The notes: generated by a model not told the origin, from the letters alone. A stretch of DNA of 64,000 bases from an uncultured Bacteroidota bacterium (GCA_903887005.1 CAISOH010000208.1:5252-69251), one strand, 5' to 3'. Positions 11,201 to 20,411 are shown, numbered from the stretch's first letter. Translations and numbers: made by a program.

Positions 11201-13406
11201 CAAAACAATAACGATAAACCCATTGCCCTCTGCGATAAGCGGAAGCAGCAATGTGTGTATTGGCGGTACTACAACCTTGAGTGATGCCGGAGGCGGGACG
11301 TGGAGTACTTCCGGCGGAAGTATCCTTTCCATTGGCATAGCCACAGGTATAGTTACAGGCAAATCAATCGGTATGGCAACCATTAGTTATACAATTCCTA
11401 CCGGCTGCTCAACTACTTTATTGATGACAGTAAATCCTTTACCGGCAGCAATAACAGGGCCTGCGAATGTTTGCGGCAGCAGGACAATAGCGTTAAGCGA
11501 CAGCATTACAGGAGGCACATGGAGCAGCCCGGGATATTCAGGGGTTGTATCAGTAGGTTGGACAAGCGGAGTAGTTACCGGGATAACGGGGGGAACGGCT
11601 GTTATTACATATACAACGGGCCCGGGTTGCATAGCGACAAAGCCGGTAACTGTCAGCCCCGGGGTATCGCCCATTACCGGAGTAAAGAATTTGTGCGAAG
11701 GCGGCATAACTATGTATGTATATGATGCAGATACGCCAAAAGGTATATGGAGCAGTACTTTAGTAAGTATAACCAGCGGAGGTATGGTTACCACATCCAT
11801 ACCAGGCGCGGCAATGATTACTTATACTTTACCTGCAGGATGCTATACAACAGCTGTATTTACCGTTAATCCCCTGCCATTGTCTATAACAGGAAGTAAT
11901 ACTGTTTGTACAGGCAATACAGTGGCTTTAACGGATTCTTCAACAGGAGGTACATGGAGCCCAGCAACAGGCGCGATTGCAACTGTTTCAGGCGCAGGTA
12001 CTGTCAGCGGGATATCTGCCGGTACGGCAGTTATCAGCTACACCTTACCAACCGGATGTATGACTACTGATACCATAACGGTTTATCCAACACCATCTGC
12101 AATTACCCCGATAAGTATCGGGGCAACAAATGTGTGTATTGGGTCAGCCATTACATTCAGTGATTCATTAAGCGGCGGGACGTGGAGTTCTTCGTCGGGT
12201 AATGCTACGGTTGGTTTGGGTACAGGTATTGTTACAGGCATTTCGGCAGGTACAACCATGATAACCTATAAAACCACCGGTGGCTGTATGACGCATAAAA
12301 CGGTTGCAGTTTTGGCTTTGCCTGGTACCTATGGCATAACTGGCGGAGGTAGTTTTTGCGCGGGAGATTCAGGCGCTCATGTATTTTTAATCGGTTCAGC
12401 AATTGGGTTCAATTACAAGCTATATAATGGAAGCGTGTTTACAGACAGTTTAAAAGGAACGGGAGATACGCTTGATTTTGGATTAATTACCACCGGCGGT
12501 ATTTATACGGTAGTTGCCGTCAATGCGGTTACAGGCTGCAGCAGCAATATGACCTGCACTGTGACTGTAACAGTCCTTCCTTTATTGGCGCCTGCTATCA
12601 ACATTCTTACGGCCCCAGGAGATACGGTATGTGGCGGCACTCCTGTCACCTTTACTGCAATACCTGTGAATGGCGGTACGCATCCAACCTATCAATGGCG
12701 GGTAAACGGGATTTTAACAACCGACACTTTTAATAATTACAGTTATACTCCGGTATATGCTGATGTTGTGACTGCCCTGATGACAAGTAATACCGTATGC
12801 GCTACCCCTTCCAGGGCTTATACATCAGTTGCCATGTCGGTCGTTGCTCCGGTAGCCCCTGCAATTAAGATCACCTCTGACCCCGGCATAAGAATAGGCA
12901 AGGGGCAAAATGTAACATTTACGGCTAAAGTCACCAATGGCGTTCCTTCGCTGACATATCAATGGCTGGTAAACAAGGTAGCCATAGCAGGCGAAACAAA
13001 TGCAACTTATACCAGCAACAGCCTTGCTGATAATGATGCAGTCAGTTGTGAAGTGACAACTAACAGTATTTGTATTGTGTCGGCAACAGAAGGTCTGCAG
13101 ATGGGAGTGAGCAGTGATGCCTCACCCCAACCCTCTCAAAAGGAGAGGGAGATGTTGCGGGTGTTTCCTAATCCTAATGGAGGTGAGTTTACAATAAAGG
13201 GAACGTTGGGTTCGATGAATGACGAGGAGGTAGCTTTGGAAATAACTAATATGGTGGGACAGGTGGTTTATAAGGATAAAGTAATGGTAAAGAACGGGAC
13301 TATAAATACGCGTGTACAACTGAGGAATACAATAGCTAGCGGGATGTATTTGCTGAACGTTCATTCAGGTGCGGGGAACAGGGTATTTCATATAGTGGTG
13401 GAATAA
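5214..13406 (+). CDS. giant T9SS-secreted surface protein: LamG-like N-domain, two NHL beta-propeller modules, cadherin-like domains, about 17 Big_2-type Ig repeats, Por_Secre_tail C-terminal domain
   Basis: 2730-aa uninterrupted ORF with a signal peptide. NHL-type repeats recur (GxGxxGxSGDGGPATxAxLNxPxGVAxDxxGNxYIADxxNxRIRKV). Ig repeats recur (ITGxxxVCxGxTxxLSDxxxGGxWSSSNxxxATV...GxTTITYT). The C-terminus FPNPNGGEFTI...MYLLNVHSGAGNRVFHIVVE is typical of a T9SS sorting domain. Confidence 0.9.
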   Translation: MKKSILFILVTMIRINSIAQIPSYIPLTGLKSWYPFNNNANDLSGFANNGVQYGSVSYGTDRFGAALSCYTGNGASGIDVPVNNFPIGNAARSISVFFKSILPYPGGYRELFANGNNSALGQRFGFITYDTMIGLEYINGNVVTHFTPDSSWHLLVGTYSGSGGSSSVKVYLDGAITSTTTLAPVTFFSTATSPIHGIGTLFLSPTYTYSWVGSLDDVGVWDRDLNPCEVYQIWKGTTSFSSTITGAPNVCVGSTIALSASPSGGTWSSSNTSIATITSGGVVTGISTGTGTISFSVTNVCGTFTATHTITINPSPTISGTTVLAIGSTSTLSDLSGGSGTWSSSNSLVATIGGSTGLVTAITTGTTTITYTLGTGCASSVIITVTAPSSCAQIITTIAGNGTVGYSGDGGPATAALLYYPWGIAVDAANNIYFTQNGNNCVRKIDASGIITTFAGTGVSGYGGDGGPATAAQMNGVAGVAIDVAGNIYISENLGSRIRKVNTAGIISTVAGTGVNGYSGDGGPATAAKINSPNEVCVDNAGNIYIPDQGNRIRKVDPSGIITTIAGTGTGGYSGDGGAATLAKLNLPNDVYVDVYGNVFFSEYNNSTIRKVNTSGIISTIVGNGTGGFSGDGGPATAALLRGPAGVDMFSGEVIISDVDNNRLRKINAAGIISTIAGTGTAGFSGDGGSPTAAKLNRPNKHAHDAAGNIYIADINNHRIRKIYSYNHPPVFTGGAKQALTICENSTANPINSLLAVNDLDIGQSETWSVLSAPAHGTLVASYSATSTGSILTPSGLSYTPTPGYSGPDTFKVQVNDCSGAVDYTLVHVTINPLPSITGTTILAIGSTSTLSDLSGGSGTWSSSNVLVATIGSSTGIVTGITAGTTTITYTTGTGCASSVMITVTTPLSSCAQIITTIAGNGTAGYSGDGGMATAARLNQPWGIKSDGSGNILFADYSNNRVRMISKTGIITTIAGNGTPGFSGDGIPATSTELNTPVGIAIDAAGNVYIGDANNNRIRKINSSGIITTIAGNGTAGFGGDGGSAILANLNHPAGIALDATGNLYVADFNNARIRKVDLSGAITTIAGTGIAGLSGDGGPATVARINNPYGVYADGSGNIYIADGSNNRVRKITSGIISTIAGGGISLGDGGLATAAQINVAIDVTTDGGGNLYISDGNNSRIRRVNSSGVITSLTGTGLAGYTGDGGPASAAEINHPGGVAVDGSGTIYIADWGNNRVRKVSGNSIAPSFTGGNSQSLTVCENSTANPINSLLAINDPDIGQSETWSVLSAPVHGTLVASYSTTSTGGILTPAGLSYTPTPGYYGSDSFIVQIVDCSGASDYTTIHVTITPLGAGTITGPAGVCVGSTIALSNAVSGGVWSSSNANATVSGGLTTGVSAGSATISYTVTGPCGSATATATITISPSPAVIAGPANVCSGATIVLSDPAIGGVWNSSNTLKATVGALTGIVTGVAMGTTTITYSTGMGCTVSNTITIYTSPSPITGSSAICIGGATNLSDGITGGAWSSSNTSIATISSGGIATGILTGTTTISYTLPGGCTATKMLSVNTSPTAITGILTVCGGNTSTLSDGISGGTWTSSNTTSATVTLSSGIVTGIAAGTSTIVYSLGAGCTVSKTVTVNSGPTPVTGSAAVCIGGTISVSDGISGGAWNSSNTTIATISSGGIISGISTGTTTISYTLPGRCMAVKIIAVNPTPTAITGASTVCVGNTTMLSDAISGGTWNSPYLAVVIGSATGIVTGISAGTATITYSLGLSCGVTKTVTVFPLSPITGTTSVCPGQTTLLSDITPGGSWNSSITATAIISISGVVTGVSAGTTTITYTLPTGCTTTAIITVNSFPPAITGSTNVCIGGTAALSDATGLGTWSSSNIAKATIGATTGIMSGIASGTATITYSTGTGCNTTTPITVNPLPAAITGVSKVCVGDMITLSDAPGGSWNSPDLTVWVDATMGIVSGVSAGTATVSYTAATGCVITKTITINPLPSAISGSSNVCIGGTTTLSDAGGGTWSTSGGSILSIGIATGIVTGKSIGMATISYTIPTGCSTTLLMTVNPLPAAITGPANVCGSRTIALSDSITGGTWSSPGYSGVVSVGWTSGVVTGITGGTAVITYTTGPGCIATKPVTVSPGVSPITGVKNLCEGGITMYVYDADTPKGIWSSTLVSITSGGMVTTSIPGAAMITYTLPAGCYTTAVFTVNPLPLSITGSNTVCTGNTVALTDSSTGGTWSPATGAIATVSGAGTVSGISAGTAVISYTLPTGCMTTDTITVYPTPSAITPISIGATNVCIGSAITFSDSLSGGTWSSSSGNATVGLGTGIVTGISAGTTMITYKTTGGCMTHKTVAVLALPGTYGITGGGSFCAGDSGAHVFLIGSAIGFNYKLYNGSVFTDSLKGTGDTLDFGLITTGGIYTVVAVNAVTGCSSNMTCTVTVTVLPLLAPAINILTAPGDTVCGGTPVTFTAIPVNGGTHPTYQWRVNGILTTDTFNNYSYTPVYADVVTALMTSNTVCATPSRAYTSVAMSVVAPVAPAIKITSDPGIRIGKGQNVTFTAKVTNGVPSLTYQWLVNKVAIAGETNATYTSNSLADNDAVSCEVTTNSICIVSATEGLQMGVSSDASPQPSQKEREMLRVFPNPNGGEFTIKGTLGSMNDEEVALEITNMVGQVVYKDKVMVKNGTINTRVQLRNTIASGMYLLNVHSGAGNRVFHIVVE
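6157..9262 (+). repeat. in-gene tandem duplication of a ~1.55-kb module (Big_2 + NHL propeller + cadherin-like domain), copies ~6157-7703 and ~7704-9262
   Basis: Both copies start INP(S/L)P(T/S)I(S/T)GTT(V/I)LAIGSTSTLSDLSGGSGTWSSSN and end ...CENSTANPINSLLA(V/I)ND(L/P)DIGQSETWSVLSAP(A/V)HGTLVASYS...HVTI. Long near-identical nucleotide runs are visible at both module ends. Confidence 0.8.
9263..12330 (+). repeat. array of ~14 consecutive Big_2-like Ig-domain coding repeats (~230 bp each)
   Basis: The peptide frame V(N/S)PxPxAITGxxxVCxGxT...GGxWSSSN...GxxTITYT recurs about 14 times in the translated ORF. Confidence 0.7.
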
Positions 13407-13408
13407 GA

Positions 13409-13467
13409 GAATGGTTCAATGGCTTAATTGCTCAATGGCTCAATGGCTCAATGGCTCAATTGGTTAA
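13409..13467. repeat. 8-nt periodic tandem repeat (TCAATGGC family)
   Basis: aatggttcaatggcttaattgctcaatggctcaatggctcaatggctcaattggttaat lies immediately after the stop of the giant gene. The same word family occurs at 53026-53065 and 55363-55402. Confidence 0.85.
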
Positions 13468-13566
13468 TAGGAGCAATCATAATCATGTTGGGTGCTCTAT
13501 CACAAGGCAGCCCTTGATTCCTTCCTGACGGAATTTACAGCATGGCTATAATCGGACAACAAACAG

Positions 13567-14679
13567 TTATGCCAAAGCTGCAACAGATAAGAAGGGGGTA
13601 ATGTCTATCTTCTTTGTACGGGACCTTAAAAATGCTATGATCTCTTCATCGGAATTGAAGCGGTTGCCAATATTTACAAAGTGCTTTGAAAGTAGATCAT
13701 AACGATCGCGCATCAGGTACACAAATACATGCAAAAAGTGAATACCGTCAAATACAATCGCATTATTGGTGGCATATTCCTGCAGTGTACCTTTAAAGAA
13801 AATGGGATGTTCCGTCCAGTGCATAGTCGGGTTTATATGATGGCTGATGTGGTATCCATCGTTCCAGCATTTTACATTGTACATGGTGTTGATGCAGGTT
13901 ACACTGTTCTTATAGGTGTTGGCCGGATCATCAGGGTCAATAAATGCGTGTTGCGCCCAGTTGCCGGTCATCGCTATTACACGGAACGTAATAAATGGCA
14001 GAATGAATACAACCAACGTTGCAGGCCAATTCACAAAACATAATGCAACGCACATGACTATAAAAAGCAGTTCACCTCTTACAGAGCGGTAAAGCAAACG
14101 TTTCCTTTTTTTGCGTACAAAATAACTGCACAAATGATACATACCCATAAACAGGAAAGTACCGAGATAAACTAAAAAACCTTTGACAGAATCGCGCTGG
14201 TAATGCATGGTGGAGCTTTCATCTTCAGGCATATTATTTTCCGGGTGATGCATCCCTACATGATGAGTATAGTATGTTTCCGGCGTTTGCCCGAAGAAGG
14301 GGCCAATGACCCAGGGAAGATAGTGGTTCATAAAGCCATACTCCGCTTTAAAGAAAGGACGATGGCTGGTACAATGCATCATGAGGCCATAAGGTCCTTT
14401 AAAGGCAACATTATTGAGGTATTGATACGCTATTGCGACAACCCACCATAGCCAGGCAGGAAGGGAAGGCACATAAAGCAGCACCGCAAGCGGGATAAGA
14501 GTAAAAGTGATCTTTAAAGTAAGATAAACAAATGGAAGGTCGCGCTCATCACGTAGCAGGGACGCAAAAAAACGGCCTGAATGACTATCAGGTTTTTGAA
14601 CACTTATGGGATCACTGATTTCAGATAATGCAATCATTTGTAGTAAATATACAGCAGCAAGATACAATTTCCGGCGCAT
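13567..14679 (-). CDS. membrane fatty-acid desaturase family protein
   Basis: Three histidine boxes (HCTSH, HHVGMHH, HISHH) are spaced among hydrophobic segments, the hallmark of membrane di-iron desaturases/hydroxylases. Substrate specificity was not determined. Confidence 0.75.
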   Translation of the reverse strand: MRRKLYLAAVYLLQMIALSEISDPISVQKPDSHSGRFFASLLRDERDLPFVYLTLKITFTLIPLAVLLYVPSLPAWLWWVVAIAYQYLNNVAFKGPYGLMMHCTSHRPFFKAEYGFMNHYLPWVIGPFFGQTPETYYTHHVGMHHPENNMPEDESSTMHYQRDSVKGFLVYLGTFLFMGMYHLCSYFVRKKRKRLLYRSVRGELLFIVMCVALCFVNWPATLVVFILPFITFRVIAMTGNWAQHAFIDPDDPANTYKNSVTCINTMYNVKCWNDGYHISHHINPTMHWTEHPIFFKGTLQEYATNNAIVFDGIHFLHVFVYLMRDRYDLLSKHFVNIGNRFNSDEEIIAFLRSRTKKIDITPFLSVAALA

Positions 14680-14740
14680 TCAGGAAACGTTAATGCGGTA
14701 TTTATCAATCAATATCCAGGCTAATTGGGTCGTATCATCT

Positions 14741-15211
14741 TCATTTAAAAACAACCTGGGCTTTTGCCACAAATTGCTGAATTTCCGGGCTGCTGGTGCT
14801 TTGGTTATCGTGGAACTTCCAGTCGTATAATATGCCATTGATCTTTGTGCGGATATCTGTATATCCTCCGTCTGCTGCAACGTTTGATATACCAATCTCT
14901 TTGTGGTTCAGTCCTAAAATCTCAGAAGGTATTGATTGAAGAATATCTTTAACTGCGGCATGTTTCGGAGAGGGCATGGTGTCATTGAAATTGAACAGGC
15001 TTATATCTGCAGGCGGGTTGTATATGCTAACAGTTGTATCCGCAATTAACTGACTATTTGTTAGATAATAGAAAGTGCCCTGCGGTGGCCGGAAACCGCC
15101 TCCGGGGCCAATGACCATATAATTGGCAGTAACATTGTAGCTGCCCGGCTTATGAGTACAGGAGGTAATAAAGAAGGTCAATAATAAAAGCAAAAGAAGT
15201 ATCTGTTTCAT
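14741..15211 (-). CDS. hypothetical lipoprotein
   Basis: Signal peptide with lipobox MKQILLLLLLLTFFITSC. 156 aa. Confidence 0.5.
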   Translation of the reverse strand: MKQILLLLLLLTFFITSCTHKPGSYNVTANYMVIGPGGGFRPPQGTFYYLTNSQLIADTTVSIYNPPADISLFNFNDTMPSPKHAAVKDILQSIPSEILGLNHKEIGISNVAADGGYTDIRTKINGILYDWKFHDNQSTSSPEIQQFVAKAQVVFK

Positions 15212-15301
15212 AAAATGGTATTAAAAACATCAGATCGAACATAAACGAAAGACGTTTCCTTATGAACAATAAAACTAATGAAATTATGTGAAGGCATATT
15301 G

Positions 15302-15341
15302 TAAAAAAAGAAAACCGTCCCCATTTTTAATGGAACGGTTT
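15302..15341 (-). terminator. putative rho-independent terminator downstream of trxA
   Basis: On the minus strand, aaaccgttccattaaaaatggggacggttt forms an imperfect stem-loop followed by tctttttttac. Confidence 0.5.
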
Positions 15342-15371
15342 AATGTTTAATTAAGTTATGCCTCAGAGACT

Positions 15372-15695
15372 TTATGCGCTCAATATCTTCTGTATCTTCT
15401 TGTCGAATGCTGCTTTGGGAGCGGCACCAACCTGCTTATCCACTACCTGGCCGTTCTTGATGAACAACACACACGGAATGCTGGTAACGCCATAATTGAT
15501 AGACAGGTTGGGGTTCTCATCCACGTTCACCTTGCCTACATTTACCTTGCCGTCATATTCTTTAGAGAGGGCTTCTATGGTTGGGCCTAAAGCCAAACAC
15601 GGGCCACACCATGGAGCCCAGAAATCTATTACAGAAAGCTTATCCGCCTTAAGTACTTCTTTGTCGAAATTTGAATCAGTGAATACTGCTGCCAT
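15372..15695 (-). CDS. trxA: thioredoxin
   Basis: 107 aa with the canonical WCGPC active site and thioredoxin-fold length. It lies directly downstream of dnaE. Confidence 0.92.
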   Translation of the reverse strand: MAAVFTDSNFDKEVLKADKLSVIDFWAPWCGPCLALGPTIEALSKEYDGKVNVGKVNVDENPNLSINYGVTSIPCVLFIKNGQVVDKQVGAAPKAAFDKKIQKILSA

Positions 15696-15843
15696 TGTTA
15701 TTTTTTTATTATTGTTTTTTAAAAAGGAAAGACAAAGTTAACGGATTATATACTCATGGATAAATAGAATCGCAAAATACGGGTATAATCTATCCACATA
15801 GAGTTAACAATTTAAGGTAATCTTCACATTTGACATTATATAC

Positions 15844-18800
15844 CTAAGTTTTATCAAGCGAATATCTGATCTCCTCATGTTCCTGCAGAAATTTTATCAA
15901 TTCATCATTTACTTCTATTTTCCTGTTTTGTGATTTCAGCCGCACTGCCATATCACTTTCTTCATCTTTTACAGTGATAATAAGGTCCGTATTTCCTGGA
16001 TATTTCTTTACATTGCCTTCTATGAAACCGGTAAATTCCGCGCTTACTTTTTCAAGTGGCAATACCAGGTGTATCTTCTTTGTAAGGGTCTTTCTAACCT
16101 CATCAAGCAGCATCATATTCTGTATCTGAAACTCCATTGTGCCGGGGCGGTATTTATGTTCATCATACACCCCCTGTATCATCAGCTTCTGCCCGTTTAC
16201 CAGGTAGTTACCATAAGCGACATAGTTCTTTTCCCAAAGCAATATCTCTAAGTTGCCGGAATAGTCGTTTATGGTCATTTTACCAAACTTGCTGCCCTTC
16301 TTTGTAGTCATGTGGCCTACATCGGTAATATAACCGGCTATACGTATGTTCCTGCCCCTGTTAGCATCCAGTTCATTTACAGGCGTCATACCATAGTTAT
16401 CCATCTCGAATTTGAAACCATCGAGGGGATGCGCACTGAGGTAAATACCAACTACTTCTTTTTCCCTGTCGAGTAATTCAGGCAGCCCCCATTTATCACA
16501 GTCAGGCATTAGCGGTGGCTTTACTTCCGGCATTACCGATGCCCCAAACAAGCTGTTTGCAGCCATTGATGAGCTCGCCTGGAACTGGTTGCCAAACTTC
16601 ACTAACCGCTCCAATCCTGTAATAGGGTCTGTGGGCGGCGCATAGAAATATTGCGCCCTGTGCAATTGCTGTGAAAAACAATCGAGCGCCCCGGCCAGCA
16701 CCAGGTTTTCCATTGACTTTTTATTTACCGTTCGCTGGTTAACACGCTTAATAAAGTCATATACGGTAATATAAGGTCCGCTGGCCTCACGTTCCGCTAT
16801 GATATCTTCCACAGCAGCCTCTCCCACTCCCTTAATGGCGTTCAGGCCAAAGCGCACTACATTTTCCTTGGCAACGGCAAAACCTTTCAGGCTTTCATTT
16901 ACATCCGGCCCAAGCACCTGCAACCCCATGCGCTGGCACTCTTCCATGTAAAATTTAACCTTATCAATATTATTCTGGTTATTGAGTACGGCAGCCATGT
17001 ATTCTGCAGGGTAATGCGCCTTCAGGTAGGCGGTCTGGTAGGCGACAAGCGCATAACAGGTAGAATGCGATTTATTGAAGGCGTATTGCGCGAAGGCTTC
17101 CCAGTCGGTCCATATCTTTTGCAGCTTGTCCTCGGGGTGCCCCTTTGCCTTGGCCCCTTCTATAAACTGCCCCTTCATTTTATCAAGCACCGACTTTTGC
17201 TTCTTACCCATCGCCTTACGCAATACATCGGCATCTCCCTTACTAAAACCACCAATGCTTTGCGACAGTAACATCACCTGCTCCTGGTAAACGGTAATAC
17301 CATAAGTGTCACCCAGATATTCCTCCATGTCAGGAACATCATAAGTTATTGCCTCCTGCCCATGCTTACGTTTTATATAATTGGGTATATACTCCATGGG
17401 CCCCGGACGGTACAGGGCATTCATGGCTATCAGGTCATCAAATTTATCCGGTTTCAGGTTGATGAGATGCTTCTGCATTCCGGCGCTTTCAAACTGGAAC
17501 GTGCCATTGGTATCGCCTGCCTGGTAGAGTTCATAAGTCTCTTCATCATCCAGTGGTATTGTATCAATATCTATTATAACGTTGTAATTCCTTTTTATCA
17601 GAGCCAGTGCATCCTTTATGATGGTAAGGGTTTTCAGGCCCAGGAAGTCCATCTTTATTACGCCTGCATTCTCTATCACATTGCCCTCATATTGTGTTAT
17701 GAGTGAGTCCACATCCTTTGCCATAAAAACAGGCAATAAATCTGTAAGGTCTGATGGGGCTATTATTATGCCTGCCGCATGTATGCCCGTATTCCGCACA
17801 GAGCCTTCCAGCTTTTCCGCGGAATGCAATACCTGTCCGTGAAGTGTTGGCTGGTTATATATTTCGCGAAGTTTATTGACCCATTCTATTTCTTCTGCTC
17901 CCAATCCTTCTTTCTGGTCAAGGCTACCCTCCCCTTTCAGGTCAGCATGAAGCAGGCGCTTTAATGTTATACCCGGACGCTCAGGTACCAGCTTGGCAAG
18001 CATATTACTTTCTGACAGCGGCAGGTCCAGCGCTCGCGCTACATCCTTAATACTGCTCTTGGCCGCCATGGTACCATAAGTAACTATCTGCGCCACCTGG
18101 TTCTTGCCGTATTTTTTTACCACATAATCTATCACCTTCTGCCGGCCCACATCGTCAAAGTCCGTATCTATATCCGGCATGCTTTTACGGTCAGGGTTAA
18201 GAAAACGCTCAAACAGCAGTTTGTATTTTATCGGGTCAATATTTGTAATGCCAATACAATATGCCACTGCTGAACCAGCGGCAGAACCTCGCCCCGGACC
18301 TATAAAAACGCCCATATTGCGCCCTTCTTTTATGAAGTCGCTCACAATAAGGAAGTAACCCGCAAAGCCCATTGTCCTTATGATAAACAACTCATACTTT
18401 ATGCGTTCATCTACTTCGGCGGTTATCTCTTTATACCGCTCTTTAGCCCCCATCCATGTGATGTGCTCTAAAAATGCGTTCTGGTCGTTATTGAATTCAA
18501 CCGGCACCACAAAGTGTGGCAGCAGTATATCCCGCTCCAGTTTCAGCGGTTTTATCTTATCAAGTATCTGGTTGGTATTATCCAGCGCTTCGGGTATGTC
18601 GCTGAATGTATGCGCCATCTCCGCATTGGTCTTGAAATAAAACTTATCGTTGGGAAATGCAAATCGGCCGCCCTTTACCGGTGTTTCATCATCATCGCCT
18701 ATTTCTTTCCATTTCTGGTCGCTTTGCTTGGAACCTGTATTGATACACAATAAAATATCGTGTGCGTTGGCGTCTCCCTGGTCCACATAATGACTGTCAT

Positions 18801-19461
18801 TGCTGGCGATAACGGGTACATTATACTTTGATGCAAAGCGCATCAGCACTTCATTCACCTTTACCTGGTCGGCTATGTCGTGACGCTGCAACTCTATGTA
18901 ATAATCTTCACCAAAAAGGTCGAGCCACCATTTAAACACCCGTTCTCCCTCTTCCGCCCCCTTTCTCAGTATGGTGCGCGGTACCTCCGCTGCAAGGCAG
19001 CAGGTAGTAGCAATAAGCCCCTCATGATATTGAAGTACCAATTCCTTGTCTATACGCGGGTACTTGCCATACAAGCCCTCCATATAGCCTAAGGAACACA
19101 ACTTGACGAGGTTCTTATAACCTGTTTCGTCCTTGGCAAGAAATAACTGGTGATAGCGAATGTCTTTATCGTCTTTGGAGAATTGCCGTTTAAACCGGTT
19201 GTCCACGAGGTAAAACTCGCAGCCTACCACAGGCTTCACTACTGGCTCTTCTATATCCTTTCCCTCAGCAGTCTTACCGACTACTTTTTTCTTCTTCCAA
19301 GCCTCTGCCACGAAGTCGAATACGCCAAACATATTGCCGTGGTCGGTAATTGCCATGGCTGGCATATTATCGTTTCGGGCCTTATCGTAAAGCTTTGAAA
19401 TATTGGAAGCCCCGTCGAGCAGGGAGTATTGGGTATGATTATGTAAATGTGAGAATTTCAT
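15844..19461 (-). CDS. dnaE: DNA polymerase III alpha subunit
   Basis: About 1205 aa. N-terminal PHP domain (FSHLHNHTQYSLLDG). Polymerase core motifs (GPGRGSAAGS, PDIDTDF) and a C-terminal OB-fold region are present. The ATG at 19461 is preferred over the GTG at 19473. Confidence 0.95.
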   Translation of the reverse strand: MKFSHLHNHTQYSLLDGASNISKLYDKARNDNMPAMAITDHGNMFGVFDFVAEAWKKKKVVGKTAEGKDIEEPVVKPVVGCEFYLVDNRFKRQFSKDDKDIRYHQLFLAKDETGYKNLVKLCSLGYMEGLYGKYPRIDKELVLQYHEGLIATTCCLAAEVPRTILRKGAEEGERVFKWWLDLFGEDYYIELQRHDIADQVKVNEVLMRFASKYNVPVIASNDSHYVDQGDANAHDILLCINTGSKQSDQKWKEIGDDDETPVKGGRFAFPNDKFYFKTNAEMAHTFSDIPEALDNTNQILDKIKPLKLERDILLPHFVVPVEFNNDQNAFLEHITWMGAKERYKEITAEVDERIKYELFIIRTMGFAGYFLIVSDFIKEGRNMGVFIGPGRGSAAGSAVAYCIGITNIDPIKYKLLFERFLNPDRKSMPDIDTDFDDVGRQKVIDYVVKKYGKNQVAQIVTYGTMAAKSSIKDVARALDLPLSESNMLAKLVPERPGITLKRLLHADLKGEGSLDQKEGLGAEEIEWVNKLREIYNQPTLHGQVLHSAEKLEGSVRNTGIHAAGIIIAPSDLTDLLPVFMAKDVDSLITQYEGNVIENAGVIKMDFLGLKTLTIIKDALALIKRNYNVIIDIDTIPLDDEETYELYQAGDTNGTFQFESAGMQKHLINLKPDKFDDLIAMNALYRPGPMEYIPNYIKRKHGQEAITYDVPDMEEYLGDTYGITVYQEQVMLLSQSIGGFSKGDADVLRKAMGKKQKSVLDKMKGQFIEGAKAKGHPEDKLQKIWTDWEAFAQYAFNKSHSTCYALVAYQTAYLKAHYPAEYMAAVLNNQNNIDKVKFYMEECQRMGLQVLGPDVNESLKGFAVAKENVVRFGLNAIKGVGEAAVEDIIAEREASGPYITVYDFIKRVNQRTVNKKSMENLVLAGALDCFSQQLHRAQYFYAPPTDPITGLERLVKFGNQFQASSSMAANSLFGASVMPEVKPPLMPDCDKWGLPELLDREKEVVGIYLSAHPLDGFKFEMDNYGMTPVNELDANRGRNIRIAGYITDVGHMTTKKGSKFGKMTINDYSGNLEILLWEKNYVAYGNYLVNGQKLMIQGVYDEHKYRPGTMEFQIQNMMLLDEVRKTLTKKIHLVLPLEKVSAEFTGFIEGNVKKYPGNTDLIITVKDEESDMAVRLKSQNRKIEVNDELIKFLQEHEEIRYSLDKT

Positions 19462-19743
19462 TGGTTCGCGCACACTTGCCTGCCGGCAGGCAGGCTCTTT
19501 CAGCGTCTTACAAAGTAACGAAATAATGAGGAGGGAGAAAAAGGGAGTTATCCACAGCGGGGATTAAATTGTTGTAATAATTTCAAATTGACAAATTAGT
19601 ACGTTTTATTAATATATAATATCTCCACTGTAATACCAGGCCGAGCGGAAGGAGCCAGAACAGCTTAAAGAAGGATTTCCAATATTTGTGGATATCTTTT
19701 CATAGGATGGATTTTTTTCGGAATGGAGGTTATCATTAATCGC

Positions 19744-20322
19744 TTACTTCGTCAGAAAAATAGAATTCACTTCGTACTGTTTGTCGAAACCACCATAGGA
19801 ATATGTTTTCCCGTTTACGGCATACGATGCAAAATGCAGGTAGCAGGAGCCGTATATTTTGTTGCCTTTCTGATCGCAGGTTTCAACCGTCTGACTGGTT
19901 GTACCGGTTACTTTTATGCCAGATACCCGAAAAGTGCGCCCTGCCTTGGGGATAGATATCTCCCAGTCGTAGGGTGTAAAGTCTGCACTGGAGTCATAGA
20001 GATTGTATTTGTTGAGCTGTGTATCGAAGCAAAGGAGGGAATCCCATTCGGTACCGAAAAGCGGGTTCCAGGTGAAGTAAGGGCCGTTGGTTGTGGCACC
20101 CATCATGGAGTCGAGAATCACTGCACTGTCCAGCGGGTTGCTGAAAGAGTTGTCGGCTTTATAGACCTTTACTATTACCGTCCGGAGGGTGGCGCTGTCG
20201 AAGCCCACCATCACGAAATTATAGCCGGTGCTACAGGCCACCGTCTCGGGACAAGTGTATTTTTTACAGCCAAATGCCAGCAGCATTACTGCGGTACTGA
20301 GGAAAAACATCACCTTTTTCAT
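19744..20322 (-). CDS. hypothetical lipoprotein
   Basis: MKKVMFFLSTAVMLLAFGC lipobox. Preferred over the fully overlapping plus-strand ORF 19723-20331, which has no signal peptide and an atypical composition. Confidence 0.5.
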   Translation of the reverse strand: MKKVMFFLSTAVMLLAFGCKKYTCPETVACSTGYNFVMVGFDSATLRTVIVKVYKADNSFSNPLDSAVILDSMMGATTNGPYFTWNPLFGTEWDSLLCFDTQLNKYNLYDSSADFTPYDWEISIPKAGRTFRVSGIKVTGTTSQTVETCDQKGNKIYGSCYLHFASYAVNGKTYSYGGFDKQYEVNSIFLTK

Positions 20323-20411
20323 GTGTATTAACAAGCAAATACTATGCCAGAAATTGAGCGCACTGTACCATTGTCTTTACAACGTTTCGACAAGTTGTGA
20401 GCTAATTTTTT

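Noticed and set aside
19723-20331. 202-aa plus-strand ORF fully overlapping the minus-strand lipoprotein gene.
   Set aside because: It has no signal peptide or motifs and an odd Cys/Gly/Val/His-rich composition. The minus-strand frame has a clean lipoprotein signal peptide.
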